DNA of 64,000 nt from Gammaproteobacteria bacterium. Its GTDB lineage: Bacteria; Pseudomonadota; Gammaproteobacteria; GCA-001735895. The translations under genes and the position numbers were made by a program. The notes under the pieces are model-generated. The model ran no database searches. It saw only the letters and a program-made list of their open reading frames with translations, and had not been told where the DNA came from. This document shows, piece after piece, positions 35,716-46,190 of the stretch. Position 1 is the stretch's first letter. Every line of letters starts with the position of its first letter. The DNA lies in assembly GCA_024225395.1 (NCBI GenBank), contig JAAEMR010000174.1, forward strand, positions 6,057 through 70,056, read 5' to 3'.

Positions 35716-37344
35716 ATGTCTGAGGAGGCAATTATGAGTGAACAAGGTTCTGAGTATAGAGTAGGACAGGATAATATTCGTTTTATGGGGCTGGATATAC
35801 ATAACCCCGTTTTTCTATTTTCCACCATTGTTATTTTTGTTTTTTTGATCGGCTCAGTGATAGCCGGGGAAGCTGCTGGTGCTTTTTTTGGTGATCTTAG
35901 AAAATCAATAACATCGACCTTTGACTGGTTCTTTTTAATCGCCGGTAATATTTTTGTGCTGTTTTGCCTGTTCCTGATTGTCAGCCCTTTAGGTAAAATT
36001 AAACTTGGGGGAAAGGAAGCTTCACCGGATTACAGTACGCTTTCCTGGTTTGCTATGTTATTTGCTGCCGGTATGGGCATAGGCTTGATGTTCTGGAGTG
36101 TGGCTGAACCAGTTGTTTATGCCTCTGGCGTGTGGGGATATGCACCTCTTGGTGTCAGTGAAAGCAAGGAAATGGCTTTTGCAGTGACCATCTTTCACTG
36201 GGGGCTTCACCCCTGGGCAATATATGCAGTTGTTGGCCTGGCATTAGCATTCTTCACTTACAATCGAGGATTACCACTTACCATTCGCTCCGCCTTTTAT
36301 CCTATTTTTGGGGATGCTGTGTGGGGCTGGGTAGGCCATATCATCGATACTTTAGCCGTTTTTGCGACCATTTTTGGTCTTGCAACTTCATTAGGACTAG
36401 GTGCACAACAGGCCAACGCCGGTTTAAACTACCTGTTTGGAATGGAGATAGGGTCAACGGTTCAAACTATATTGATTTCTGTTATCACACTAATCGCACT
36501 GGTTTCGGTGGTAGCAGGTCTTGATAAGGGAGTTAAACGCCTGAGTGAATTTAATATTGTTCTGGCATTTTTACTCATGGCAGCAGTTATTGTGCTGGGT
36601 CCCACGATGGAAATAGTGGCCGGATTCTTTGCAAATACCGGCTCGTATTTAAGTAATATCATTCCGTTAAGTAACTGGATTGGCCGTGAAGACTCCAGTT
36701 TTCTGCATGACTGGACAACATTTTACTGGGCCTGGTGGATTGCATGGTCTCCATTCGTTGGTATGTTTATTGCCCGCGTTTCAAAAGGTCGTTCTGTAAG
36801 AGAGTTTGTTACCTGCGTTCTACTGGTTCCAACCGTTGTATCTATTTTGTGGATGTCTGCATTTGGTGGTTCCGCAATTGATCAGGTCATCAACCAGGCT
36901 GGCAGTCTGGAGAATGCCATTGTCAGTGTTGCCGCTCCAACAGCTGAGAATCCATCAGCGACTACGAACGTTTTCAATAGCCAACTTGCAGAACAGGTTA
37001 ACAATGCCTATGCACAGGCAATGTTTACCATGTTTGATGGCGGTTTTCCCTTTGCTGGATTGCTTTCTTTTATCGGTATCGTCCTGGTCATCACATTTTT
37101 TGTAACTTCTTCAGATTCAGGATCGCTGGTTATTGATACGATAACGGCAGGCGGAAAAATAGATGCTCCAGTGGCGCAACGAGTACTCTGGTGTTTACTG
37201 GAAGGCTCAATAGCCATTGTGTTGTTATGGACCGGTGGCTTATCAGCTTTACAGGCCGCATCCGTTGCAACAGGTTTACCTTTTGCGCTCATTTTATTAT
37301 TTATGTGTATCGCTCTGTATAAAGGTTTGAGCAAAGAAACATAG
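35716..37344 (+). CDS. BCCT-family transporter (betaine/carnitine/choline)
   Basis: BCCT signature …WFAMLFAAGMGIGLMFWSVAEPV… with 12 TM helices. Confidence 0.85.
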   Translation: MSEEAIMSEQGSEYRVGQDNIRFMGLDIHNPVFLFSTIVIFVFLIGSVIAGEAAGAFFGDLRKSITSTFDWFFLIAGNIFVLFCLFLIVSPLGKIKLGGKEASPDYSTLSWFAMLFAAGMGIGLMFWSVAEPVVYASGVWGYAPLGVSESKEMAFAVTIFHWGLHPWAIYAVVGLALAFFTYNRGLPLTIRSAFYPIFGDAVWGWVGHIIDTLAVFATIFGLATSLGLGAQQANAGLNYLFGMEIGSTVQTILISVITLIALVSVVAGLDKGVKRLSEFNIVLAFLLMAAVIVLGPTMEIVAGFFANTGSYLSNIIPLSNWIGREDSSFLHDWTTFYWAWWIAWSPFVGMFIARVSKGRSVREFVTCVLLVPTVVSILWMSAFGGSAIDQVINQAGSLENAIVSVAAPTAENPSATTNVFNSQLAEQVNNAYAQAMFTMFDGGFPFAGLLSFIGIVLVITFFVTSSDSGSLVIDTITAGGKIDAPVAQRVLWCLLEGSIAIVLLWTGGLSALQAASVATGLPFALILLFMCIALYKGLSKET

Positions 37345-37469
37345 CAATCATGTTAAAATGGATACTGATCACAACAATAGTGAGCAGTATCCGTTTTTCA
37401 ATTTCACCAACATTGATGACTAATATTTTCTAAAATATCACCGTCTAAAACATTTAAAAGGTAAGTCAA

Positions 37470-39098
37470 TTGCAACGAGATAGCATGGAATTTGATGTAG
37501 TAATTGTCGGAGCCGGTCCCTCAGGGCTCAGCGCTGCAATTCGTCTTGCTCAATTATCTTTACAGGAAGACAGCTCTATCTCCATCTGTATTGTTGAAAA
37601 AGGATCCGAAGTCGGTGCTCACATTTTATCAGGAGCAATACTGGAACCCAGAAGTCTGGATGAATTAATACCTGACTGGAAACAGTTAAACACTCCCATC
37701 CATACCGCTGTTAGTTCAGATAATTTTCAATTTCTTACTAAAAAACACGCTTTCACTCTGCCAACACCTCCTTCTATGCATAATGAGGGTAACTATATAA
37801 TCAGCCTTGGAAATTTTTGCCGCTGGCTGGCAGAACAGGCGGAGCAACTGGGTATTGAAATTTTCCCGGGTTTTTCCGCCAGTGAATTATTGTTTGATGA
37901 AAGTGGCGCGATACGCGGTATAGCAACAGGAGATATGGGTATTGCTAAAGATGGACAAAAAACAGACAGCTTTCAACCTGGAGTTGAACTCATTGCCCGT
38001 CAAACTCTTTTTGCTGAAGGTTGTAGAGGTTCTCTAAGTAAACAACTCATGAGCCATTACCAACTGCGCAAGGATGTAGAGTCGCAAACTTATGCTATAG
38101 GGCTGAAGGAGTTATGGGAAATTCCCGCTGAAATGCACCATGCAGGATCAACCTGTCATACCATAGGCTGGCCACTGGATAATAATACCTATGGTGGTTC
38201 ATTTATTTACCACCTGGAAAATAATCAAATTGCTATAGGGTTTGTTATCGGTCTTGATTACCAGAACCCCTTTCTTGATCCTTTTGAAGAATTTCAGCAG
38301 TTTAAAAATCACCCTTCTGTCCGCCCCTTGCTTGAAAAAGGAAAACGTATTAGCTATGGGGCCAGAGCACTTTCAGAGGGAGGTTACCAATCCATTCCTA
38401 AATTGACTTTTCCCGGAGGTTGCCTTATTGGTGATAGCGCTGGATTTCTTAATGTTGCTAAAATCAAAGGAACTCATACCGCGATGAAAAGTGGCATGCT
38501 TGCGGCAGAAGCGGTGTATAAAATACTACAGCAGGATCAACAAAATGAAGCTGTAGAGTACACTGATAAGTTACGTCAAAGCTGGTTATGGGATGAACTC
38601 AAGCAAGTCAGAAATATTCGCCCCGGTTTTCAACAAGGGCTATGGCGAGGACTTTTTAATGCAGCAGTAGAAACTTACATAACCCGGGGCAAGGGCAGTA
38701 AAACGCTGAAACACCATGAAGATCATAACCAGCTTCACAAGTCAGTTGAACACACTAAAATAAACTATCCTAAACCTGATGGTATCGTTAGTTTTGACCG
38801 TTTATCCTCGGTTTATCTATCAGCCACCAACCACGAAGAAAATCAGCCCGCACACCTAAAATTAAAAGACGACTCAATACCAGTTACTGTTAATTTGACT
38901 GATTATGATGCCCCGGAACAGCGTTATTGTCCGGCTGGAGTGTATGAAATAATCAGTGATGCATCGGGATTAGATCAACTTCAGATAAATGCGCAAAACT
39001 GCCTTCATTGTAAAACCTGTGATATCAAGGATCCCACTCAAAATATCAACTGGGTTCCCCCTGAAGGTGGTGGTGGCCCGAACTACCCAAATATGTAG
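37470..39098 (+). CDS. Electron-transfer flavoprotein:ubiquinone oxidoreductase (ETF-QO)
   Basis: FAD motif …FDVVIVGAGPSGLSAA…. C-terminal 4Fe-4S …CLHCKTCDIKDPTQNINWVPPEGGGGPNY… typical of ETF-QO. Confidence 0.8.
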   Translation: MQRDSMEFDVVIVGAGPSGLSAAIRLAQLSLQEDSSISICIVEKGSEVGAHILSGAILEPRSLDELIPDWKQLNTPIHTAVSSDNFQFLTKKHAFTLPTPPSMHNEGNYIISLGNFCRWLAEQAEQLGIEIFPGFSASELLFDESGAIRGIATGDMGIAKDGQKTDSFQPGVELIARQTLFAEGCRGSLSKQLMSHYQLRKDVESQTYAIGLKELWEIPAEMHHAGSTCHTIGWPLDNNTYGGSFIYHLENNQIAIGFVIGLDYQNPFLDPFEEFQQFKNHPSVRPLLEKGKRISYGARALSEGGYQSIPKLTFPGGCLIGDSAGFLNVAKIKGTHTAMKSGMLAAEAVYKILQQDQQNEAVEYTDKLRQSWLWDELKQVRNIRPGFQQGLWRGLFNAAVETYITRGKGSKTLKHHEDHNQLHKSVEHTKINYPKPDGIVSFDRLSSVYLSATNHEENQPAHLKLKDDSIPVTVNLTDYDAPEQRYCPAGVYEIISDASGLDQLQINAQNCLHCKTCDIKDPTQNINWVPPEGGGGPNYPNM

Positions 39099-39120
39099 TC
39101 ATTTAAAATATGTTATGGTT

Positions 39121-41136
39121 TTACACTTTACTACATCGACGACGTTTACGCCGATTGGCACTTTCATCCCTTGTTTTTACCTGTACCTCAGGAAAAGAAA
39201 CCAGTTTGGATAGCTCAGTATACTTTTCCGTTTTATGCGGAATGGCCATAGCTTCAATAAAATAATCCTGAAATTTTTCTTCTATTGCCGTTTCTATTTT
39301 TTCCACTGCCGGCAAAATTTCACTGATTTCCAGACGTGAAGGAAAATTAAGCAGCGCAATTCGAGCCCCTGTTCCTGCTGCATTGCCTACTGATCCAACT
39401 TTATCCAGATTACAGTCAGGGATTAAGCCCAATATCATGGCATATTTGACATCAATATGACTTCCAAATGCTCCAGCTAATCCTATCCGGTCAACTTTTT
39501 GAATACCCAGATGATTCATCAATAACCGAATACCTGCATGTAAAGCAGCTTTCGCCAACTGAATTGCACGCACATCGTTCTGGGTAATCACAATGGATTT
39601 ATCGGCTGAATACAACAGGTAACACCAGGTCCTACCTTGTTTAAATATTCGATGACTATTATTACCCTCAACAGGAGCAATCACTCCATGCTGATTAATT
39701 ATGCCCGCTAGATACATCTCAGCAACAACTTCAATAATTCCCGAGCCACATATTCCACTGATATTTACTCTGGCACTTTTATCAATAAAGGTATCCTCAT
39801 CTGACCAGACATCACAGCCAATTACACGAAACCGGGGCTCTAATGTCTCCTTATCGATACGAACACGTTCTATGGCTCCCGCTGCTGCCCGTTGTCCTGA
39901 GCTAATTTGTGCCCCTTCAAATGCTGGACCTGTAGGGCTTGAAGCAGCGAGAAGACGATGTTGATTACCGAGCACTATTTCGGCATTTGTGCCTACATCA
40001 ACCAGCAACATATTTTCTTCGGCCAGGTCAGGTCGTTCAGATAAGATGACACCCGCTGTATCAGCACCTATGTGTCCTGCAATACAGGGCAGTACACATA
40101 TTCGGGTTTCACTATACAGATGAATATCTATTTCCCGTGCAGGAATTATAACCATTTGATCAGTTACCAGTGTGAAAGGTGCACTACCCAGTGGTGTAGG
40201 ATCTAACCCCAATAAAATATGATGCATAATCGGGTTGGCGACGATCGTTATATCAAGTATCTCACTCTCTGCAATACCGGCTGATTTTGCTGCACGTTTT
40301 GCCAGCTGGTTAATCGCTTCCCGTACAACCCTGCTTAACTCAGCTTCACTGCCTTCATTCATCATGATGTAAGAGACACGACTCATCAGGTCTTCACCAA
40401 AACGAATCTGCGGATTCATCATATCAGCGGTAGCTACTATTTCACCCGTATCGAGGTTGCATAATTGAGCAGCGATGGTTGTTGAACCCAGGTCTATAGC
40501 CAATCCGTAAACGACCTTTTTCTCTCCGGGCCAGAGTGCAATAATATGCTGATATTGATACACCGCTACCGTAACAACCCGGTTAGATTTTTCTAATATT
40601 TTTTGTAACAGTCTTAATTGAGATAACTCGCAATCAAGAACAGGCAAATCAAATTTTGTTTTTAACTCATGCTGAAGACGTCGTTTATCTGATAGAGGAG
40701 ATTGCATATCCGGCTCTGGCAGTCTCACTGTATATAACCTTAGAGCTGGCTGAACCTGAATATCGTAGGCGGTGACTTCTTTGGCTATATGCTGTTTATG
40801 CTGTTGACTTCTTTCTGGTACATCAATAACCAGGTCACCCAGAATACGTGCATTACAGGCCAGGCGTTTACCCTGTTCGAGCCAGTTTTTGTGTAAGTGA
40901 TGATGTTCGGTTTCAGTTAGTTCAGACAGATGGTTGGAAGCAGAGACAATACCATGTTTTGAAAAATCACCCAGTTGAGGCAATACCTGGCAACGTCGAC
41001 ACTTACCCTGCCCTCCACAAACCGACTCCAGATCAACAGCAAGGCGTTGAGCAGCCTGAAGAACTGTCGTTCCTACAGTTACCTGCCCGCGTATTCCAGA
41101 TGGCATAAACAGTACTGTGGCATCTTTTTTATTCAA
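39121..41136 (-). CDS. RACo-like reductive activator of corrinoid proteins (N-terminal 2Fe-2S ferredoxin plus ASKHA-fold ATPase; COG3894/RamA-like)
   Basis: N-terminus …CGGQGKCRRCQV… plant-type ferredoxin. Long ASKHA domain with …DLGSTTIAAQL… and …DVGTNAEIVLG… ATP-binding motifs. Confidence 0.7.
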   Translation of the reverse strand: MNKKDATVLFMPSGIRGQVTVGTTVLQAAQRLAVDLESVCGGQGKCRRCQVLPQLGDFSKHGIVSASNHLSELTETEHHHLHKNWLEQGKRLACNARILGDLVIDVPERSQQHKQHIAKEVTAYDIQVQPALRLYTVRLPEPDMQSPLSDKRRLQHELKTKFDLPVLDCELSQLRLLQKILEKSNRVVTVAVYQYQHIIALWPGEKKVVYGLAIDLGSTTIAAQLCNLDTGEIVATADMMNPQIRFGEDLMSRVSYIMMNEGSEAELSRVVREAINQLAKRAAKSAGIAESEILDITIVANPIMHHILLGLDPTPLGSAPFTLVTDQMVIIPAREIDIHLYSETRICVLPCIAGHIGADTAGVILSERPDLAEENMLLVDVGTNAEIVLGNQHRLLAASSPTGPAFEGAQISSGQRAAAGAIERVRIDKETLEPRFRVIGCDVWSDEDTFIDKSARVNISGICGSGIIEVVAEMYLAGIINQHGVIAPVEGNNSHRIFKQGRTWCYLLYSADKSIVITQNDVRAIQLAKAALHAGIRLLMNHLGIQKVDRIGLAGAFGSHIDVKYAMILGLIPDCNLDKVGSVGNAAGTGARIALLNFPSRLEISEILPAVEKIETAIEEKFQDYFIEAMAIPHKTEKYTELSKLVSFPEVQVKTRDESANRRKRRRCSKV

Positions 41137-41324
41137 TTGTCATAAACCTTGAAAAGCAATTAACCGCAGAGAACGCCGGGGTACGCAAGAAGAAAAATTA
41201 TTGTTTGTACTAATCGTATAAAGAAAGCTTAAATCAACCTGTACTTTTGACAACAAAGAACAAATTTAACCAAATCACTCCTCTGCGTACCCCGGCGTCC
41301 TCTGCATTCAAAAATGTTTATCTA

Positions 41325-42230
41325 TCAGCCAGGCGACCTTCTTCGACTGCGCCGCCCTGTACCTCTAACTCTGGCACCTTCAGCAGCAGGCTCTCTAAAT
41401 CGTTTTATCCAGCGCGCACAATCAGGATCTTTACCTAACATAACATCAGCTCCCATGCTGGCACTAACCACTTCAGAATGCAGCGGGTTGGTAATGGCCG
41501 AAGTCATACCAGCCTGAATCGCCATGCTGATAAAAGCCCCATTAAAACCATGGCGGTTGGGTAAACCAAAACTGATATTAGATGCACCACAGGTTGTATT
41601 TACTTTAAGTTCAGAACGTAAACGATGAATTAATTTTAGTACCTGTTGACCGGCTTTATTGATTGCTCCAATGGGCATCACCAGGGGATCAACTACTACA
41701 TCACAGGCTGGAATTCCATAATCTGAAGCACGCTCAACTATTTTTTTGGCTACATCAAATCTGACATCGATATCTTCCGAAATACCACTTTCATCATTTG
41801 AAATTGCAACAACTGCGGCACCATACTTTTTAATCAGGGGTAATACTCGCTCCAGATTCTCTTCCTCTCCAGTCACCGAGTTCACCAGTGCTTTTCCCTG
41901 ATAAACAGCCAGACCTGCTTCAAGTGCTTCGATAATGGAGGAATCAATACTCAGCGGTACGTCCGTCAGGCTTTGAACCAGCTGTAATACTTCTGCTAAT
42001 ATTTTGGGTTCATCTGCCAGTGGTATGCCTGCGTTTACATCGAGCATATGAGCACCTGCTTTTACCTGGGCAATAGCATCACTCTCAACACGAGAGTAGT
42101 CACCATTTTTCATTTCTTCGGCCATAATCTTTCGGCCGGTAGGGTTGATGCGTTCGCCGATAATTACAAATGGACGATCAAAGCCTATCACTAACTCTTT
42201 GCTCGCTGAACTAATAACCGTTTCAGTCAT
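41325..42230 (-). CDS. Pterin-binding methyltransferase (methyl-corrinoid:tetrahydrofolate methyltransferase, MtgA/MtrH/AcsE-like)
   Basis: …IIGERINPTG…HMLDVNAGIP…ALVNSV… DHPS-like TIM barrel of methyl-THF:corrinoid methyltransferases. Confidence 0.7.
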   Translation of the reverse strand: MTETVISSASKELVIGFDRPFVIIGERINPTGRKIMAEEMKNGDYSRVESDAIAQVKAGAHMLDVNAGIPLADEPKILAEVLQLVQSLTDVPLSIDSSIIEALEAGLAVYQGKALVNSVTGEEENLERVLPLIKKYGAAVVAISNDESGISEDIDVRFDVAKKIVERASDYGIPACDVVVDPLVMPIGAINKAGQQVLKLIHRLRSELKVNTTCGASNISFGLPNRHGFNGAFISMAIQAGMTSAITNPLHSEVVSASMGADVMLGKDPDCARWIKRFREPAAEGARVRGTGRRSRRRSPG

Positions 42231-42279
42231 TTTTACTTCCTCAAAGTTTTGCTACTTGTTTAAACAAAGTTGCTTAATT

Positions 42280-43287
42280 TTAATAATCGATGCCATCATG
42301 ATCACAACCCGGATACCAGGGAACACGACCCTCTAAAACACCAGACTGCTGAATAATATCCTTGACCGCTTCTTCCTGACGATATGCCATTACATGAACA
42401 CCACTGACCCCCGAAATTTCACGTATTTGCTGGATCAGTTCGATGCAAATTTTTTGCCCTTCATTTTTTTGATTTTGCGCACTTTCCAGACGTTTAATAA
42501 TGGCATCGGGAATATGAATTCCAGGTACATTTTTTCGAATCCAGCTAGCAGTTCTGGCTGAAGCAAGTGGCCCAACACCGGGTAAAATAAAACATTTTTC
42601 AAGTAAGCCAAGATCACCTGCTTTGGTCATAAAGTCTTTTAACTTCGGAACATCAAAAATATACTGAGTCTGAATAAAATCAGCACCCGCTGCTATTTTT
42701 TTGGCCAGTCGATAGGGACGAAAATCTATCGGAGGTGCATAAGGGTTTTCAGCCGCACCGAGAAACATTTTAGGAGGGGAAGTTATCGAACGGCCACTCA
42801 GGTAACGTGATTCATCACGCATGATACGAATAGTCTCCAGCAGTGAAATACTATCCAGATCAAAAACGGGTTTAGCCTCAGGATGATCGCCCACCTGAAC
42901 CCCATCACCGCTCAGGCACAAAACATTACCAACGCCCATTGCTGCAGCACCCAGTACATCACCCTGAATCGCAATTCGATTTTTATCACGACAGGAAATC
43001 TGCATCACAGGAGCATATCCGACATTGGTTAACAGTGCGCACATGCCAATGCTCGACATGTGACAGTTAGCACCCGAGCCATCGGTGGCATTCATACCAT
43101 CAACATAACCATCAAAAACCTGTGCACGAGCATAAACATCATCGGCCAGAGCAGAGTCTGGTGGAGCCAGTTCAGCAGTGACAGCAAAGTGTCCCGATTT
43201 CAGTAAGCGTTCGAGCCGACCACGAGAGACATGCCCTTCTTTTTCGGGAAGCGGTTGAGCCGCAGGATTATCGTTTAATCCTAACAT
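42280..43287 (-). CDS. metF: Methylenetetrahydrofolate reductase (MetF family)
   Basis: …ISCRDKNRIAIQGDVLGAAAMGVGNVLCLSGDG… and …FIQTQYIFDV… MetF hallmarks. Confidence 0.7.
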   Translation of the reverse strand: MLGLNDNPAAQPLPEKEGHVSRGRLERLLKSGHFAVTAELAPPDSALADDVYARAQVFDGYVDGMNATDGSGANCHMSSIGMCALLTNVGYAPVMQISCRDKNRIAIQGDVLGAAAMGVGNVLCLSGDGVQVGDHPEAKPVFDLDSISLLETIRIMRDESRYLSGRSITSPPKMFLGAAENPYAPPIDFRPYRLAKKIAAGADFIQTQYIFDVPKLKDFMTKAGDLGLLEKCFILPGVGPLASARTASWIRKNVPGIHIPDAIIKRLESAQNQKNEGQKICIELIQQIREISGVSGVHVMAYRQEEAVKDIIQQSGVLEGRVPWYPGCDHDGIDY

Positions 43288-43753
43288 CGTCAGGCATTTC
43301 CTGTTTGTTTTTTACATCGTCCTGTACAACTCTCAGCCAGGATGAACTGCCCTTAAAACTGTAATTCACAGGTTGTTGAATTTCTTTCATTTTTTCACAT
43401 TGTGACATTTGCTGTGCACCTTTCCAGGCTTCTACCCAGACACATCGCATTTCTGGTTTAACTTCACAGGTCCCATCCATCCGAACACCACCGCAGGGAC
43501 CATTTCGTAACGATTTTGGACAATTCATGGAACACGACATCCCGCTTGAGCTGAGTGCACACTGGCCACACATCTGGCAGTCAAACATTAAACCTTTTAT
43601 CGATTTTTCAATGACTCGAACGGGTTTTTCCAAACGTTCATATCCAATGACATTCCATACCTTATGTAGTCTGATGAGAACGGGTTCAAACAGTAAGTAT
43701 ATATATTCAAGACCTCTGGAATGCTTTACCGACCAGTTGCGAATAAGTTGCAC
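43268..43753 (-). CDS. MetV-like protein (methylene-THF reductase C-terminal Zn-ribbon domain, PF12225-type)
   Basis: …CQMCGQCALSS…MNCPKSLRNGPCGGV… signature. Overlaps the metF start. Confidence 0.55.
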   Translation of the reverse strand: MQLIRNWSVKHSRGLEYIYLLFEPVLIRLHKVWNVIGYERLEKPVRVIEKSIKGLMFDCQMCGQCALSSSGMSCSMNCPKSLRNGPCGGVRMDGTCEVKPEMRCVWVEAWKGAQQMSQCEKMKEIQQPVNYSFKGSSSWLRVVQDDVKNKQEMPDDVRIKR

Positions 43754-43765
43754 TTCAGTCTCCGG

Positions 43766-44149
43766 TTAAGCGGTTTTTAAACGCATTTCATCAACTCCGC
43801 TGGCCCGGATCAACCTGTCCAGAACTTCATCGTTGTAGTTTTCTTCTAATTGTTTAACCAGTAGTTGCGCCTGTTCCTGAATATTTCCCTGAAAAGCCTG
43901 CTCAACAGTTTGCCAGGGATCAAATAGAGCATCTTCTCCTCGTTTTTTTAAACGGTTAGATGCACGGTCAATTGCATCAGCAAACTTGTATGAAAGTCTA
44001 AATCGTTCATTTCGGCGACCTATACGCATAACAACCTGTGCGGGAATATCATGCCAGTACACTATTTTTAACTTTGCCATAGTAATTCTCTGTTTTAAAA
44101 CCCGGCTAAGAGCAGCTTCAAAAATTAATTCACACTTCCGGGGTTCCAC
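43766..44149 (-). CDS. Hypothetical protein (about 105-127 aa) in the methyltransferase operon
   Basis: ORF only. Possible internal start at MAKLKIVYWHDIP. Confidence 0.35.
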   Translation of the reverse strand: MEPRKCELIFEAALSRVLKQRITMAKLKIVYWHDIPAQVVMRIGRRNERFRLSYKFADAIDRASNRLKKRGEDALFDPWQTVEQAFQGNIQEQAQLLVKQLEENYNDEVLDRLIRASGVDEMRLKTA

Positions 44150-44745
44150 TCACTCATTTTTGCGTCGAGTACCGGCAGCATGACTCCACTACCGGTAAAT
44201 ATTTTTTTAAACTGAAGATTCAACCGGGTTGCTGCTTTTTTTGCCAGTTCAGTCAATTCAGTTGAATCTGTTTGTGCCAGGTAAACCAGACGTTTGTAAT
44301 GACCAAAATACAGGGGTAATAGTTCAGGAAACCGATCAAGTCCCAGTGTACCGATCACTAAACGTTCAAAATGTATAGTCAGAAAATCTGTAAGGTAAAA
44401 AGTACCGGGTTCTTCATGCTGTAAACTGGCGTATGTTTTTTCACCGGCAAGAAAGTCATAACAATGAGCACCCGGTAAACGAGATACACCACGATCCGCA
44501 AGCAATCGATCAAGCTCCCCGCTTGTACCACAGTCACCGTAGGCCACAAAAATAGAGTCGTAAGTACCTGCTGCCAGATCAATTAAGTTAGCGACTGCCT
44601 GTGGAATTTTTTGTGGTGTGGTATGCAGGTCAGCACTGATAGCCTGTAGCTCCATATGTGACCAGTGATTCATTTTTTTTATTTCATTGACTTCTCTGGC
44701 TATGGCAGCACAGGTTATTACCAGAATTCGGGGCGGATTATTCAT
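44125..44745 (-). CDS. DUF1638-like protein, a family recurrently associated with corrinoid methyltransferase gene clusters
   Basis: …ILVITCAAIAREV…VAYGDCGTSGELD…. Family assignment from memory and moderately uncertain. Confidence 0.45.
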   Translation of the reverse strand: MNNPPRILVITCAAIAREVNEIKKMNHWSHMELQAISADLHTTPQKIPQAVANLIDLAAGTYDSIFVAYGDCGTSGELDRLLADRGVSRLPGAHCYDFLAGEKTYASLQHEEPGTFYLTDFLTIHFERLVIGTLGLDRFPELLPLYFGHYKRLVYLAQTDSTELTELAKKAATRLNLQFKKIFTGSGVMLPVLDAKMSEWNPGSVN

Positions 44746-44758
44746 CTCATGATTTAAA

Positions 44759-45517
44759 TTAAGCGGCTCGTCGCTGTGCGATCAACTGCTTGGCAATATC
44801 TGTCGTTACAGCCGCATCACGACAATAGGCATCAGCTCCAACAGCATCGCCAAATTCCTGATTCAATGGAGCACCACCAACCAGTACGATGTAGTTATCT
44901 CGAATTCCCTGCTCTTTCATCGTATCTATAACCACTTTCATGTACGGCATGGTGGTGGTTAATAATGCAGACATTCCAAGAATATCCGGTTTATGTTCTT
45001 CCAGTGCGGCCAGGTATGTTTCTACTGGAATATTAATGCCCAGATCGATCACCTCGAAGCCTGCACCTTCCATCATCATGCATACCAGGTTTTTACCGAT
45101 ATCATGAATATCCCCTTTAACAGTACCTATCACCATTTTTCCTGCCACCGGTTCATCCGACTCTGCCAGCAATGGTTTTAGAATAGCCATGCCTGCTTTC
45201 ATCGAATTTGCCGACATCAGGACTTCGGGTACGAACAGAATGCCATCTCGAAAATCAATCCCGACTATGGTCATGCCTGCGACAAGAGCTTCATTTAAAA
45301 CCTTATTCGCATCCCAGCCTCGTTCCAGCAATATTTCAGTACCTTCGGCAACTTCTTCTTTTAATCCGTTGTAAAGGTCATCATGCATTTGTTCAACAAG
45401 TTCATCATCAGGTAAAGTCGAAAGGTCCAGATCCTCTTCATCATCATACTCATCGTCTAAATCAGTCATTTTTTCACCATCTATCAGGGTGTTATAAATT
45501 AGCCGTATCCGAGTCAA
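44759..45517 (-). CDS. Corrinoid (cobalamin-binding) protein, MtgC/MttC-like (B12-binding_2 cap plus B12-binding Rossmann domain)
   Basis: DxHxxG motif GDIHDIGKNLV. …GMSALLTTT… (SxL). …VLVGGAP… (GG). Confidence 0.8.
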   Translation of the reverse strand: MTRIRLIYNTLIDGEKMTDLDDEYDDEEDLDLSTLPDDELVEQMHDDLYNGLKEEVAEGTEILLERGWDANKVLNEALVAGMTIVGIDFRDGILFVPEVLMSANSMKAGMAILKPLLAESDEPVAGKMVIGTVKGDIHDIGKNLVCMMMEGAGFEVIDLGINIPVETYLAALEEHKPDILGMSALLTTTMPYMKVVIDTMKEQGIRDNYIVLVGGAPLNQEFGDAVGADAYCRDAAVTTDIAKQLIAQRRAA

Positions 45518-45775
45518 GAATAATTACAGCTCGCTTTATAATCTGACATAACAGCGACAAAACATGACTGAAACGCGACACAATTAAGGGTATCTCTATT
45601 AATCAGATTTGTTTCTTGGGGGCAAGTAAGCAGCACACGCAGAGCCTCAATTTATAAGGAATACATGAGGATTGAAGCATGGAGCTGATGCTGAAATTGA
45701 GTAAAATATGTAGATAAGCTTTAGCGAATATTAGTATTATTGACCTCGATTAGAAGTGCTGTGCTTATTCCACCT

Positions 45776-46168
45776 TCAATATTGTGGTGCATTACCTGCT
45801 ATCTCATGAAAGTCACTCTTATCAGTGACAAATATCTGGGTTGTTACCCTGTGCCCAGTTTTAGCCTCCAGGCATCCAGTCATGACAATCACTTTTCCAG
45901 TTTCAGGTTGTTGCCTGCAGAATAAATTAGAACCACATAACTGACAAAAACCTCTAATTGACAGGTTAGTTTCAAACCAGGCAAGACCGCTTTGTTCAAT
46001 AAAATGTATCTGACTCTCTTCTACCGAAGTTGCTGACACAAAGTTACCGCTGGTTTTGCGACATTCTGAGCAATAGCAACTCACAATATCCCGAAAAGGG
46101 GCTGACAGTTCAAAACTGACACTACCGCAAAGGCATTCGCCGAGTAATTTTTGATTGTTTTTGGTCAT
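45776..46168 (-). CDS. GFA (glutathione-dependent formaldehyde-activating, CENP-V-like) family protein
   Basis: Cys pattern CLCGSV…CYCSECRK…CQLCGSNLF typical of GFA zinc sites. Confidence 0.7.
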   Translation of the reverse strand: MTKNNQKLLGECLCGSVSFELSAPFRDIVSCYCSECRKTSGNFVSATSVEESQIHFIEQSGLAWFETNLSIRGFCQLCGSNLFCRQQPETGKVIVMTGCLEAKTGHRVTTQIFVTDKSDFHEIAGNAPQY

Positions 46169-46190
46169 TTTAAGACCTCGATAGAGTCGA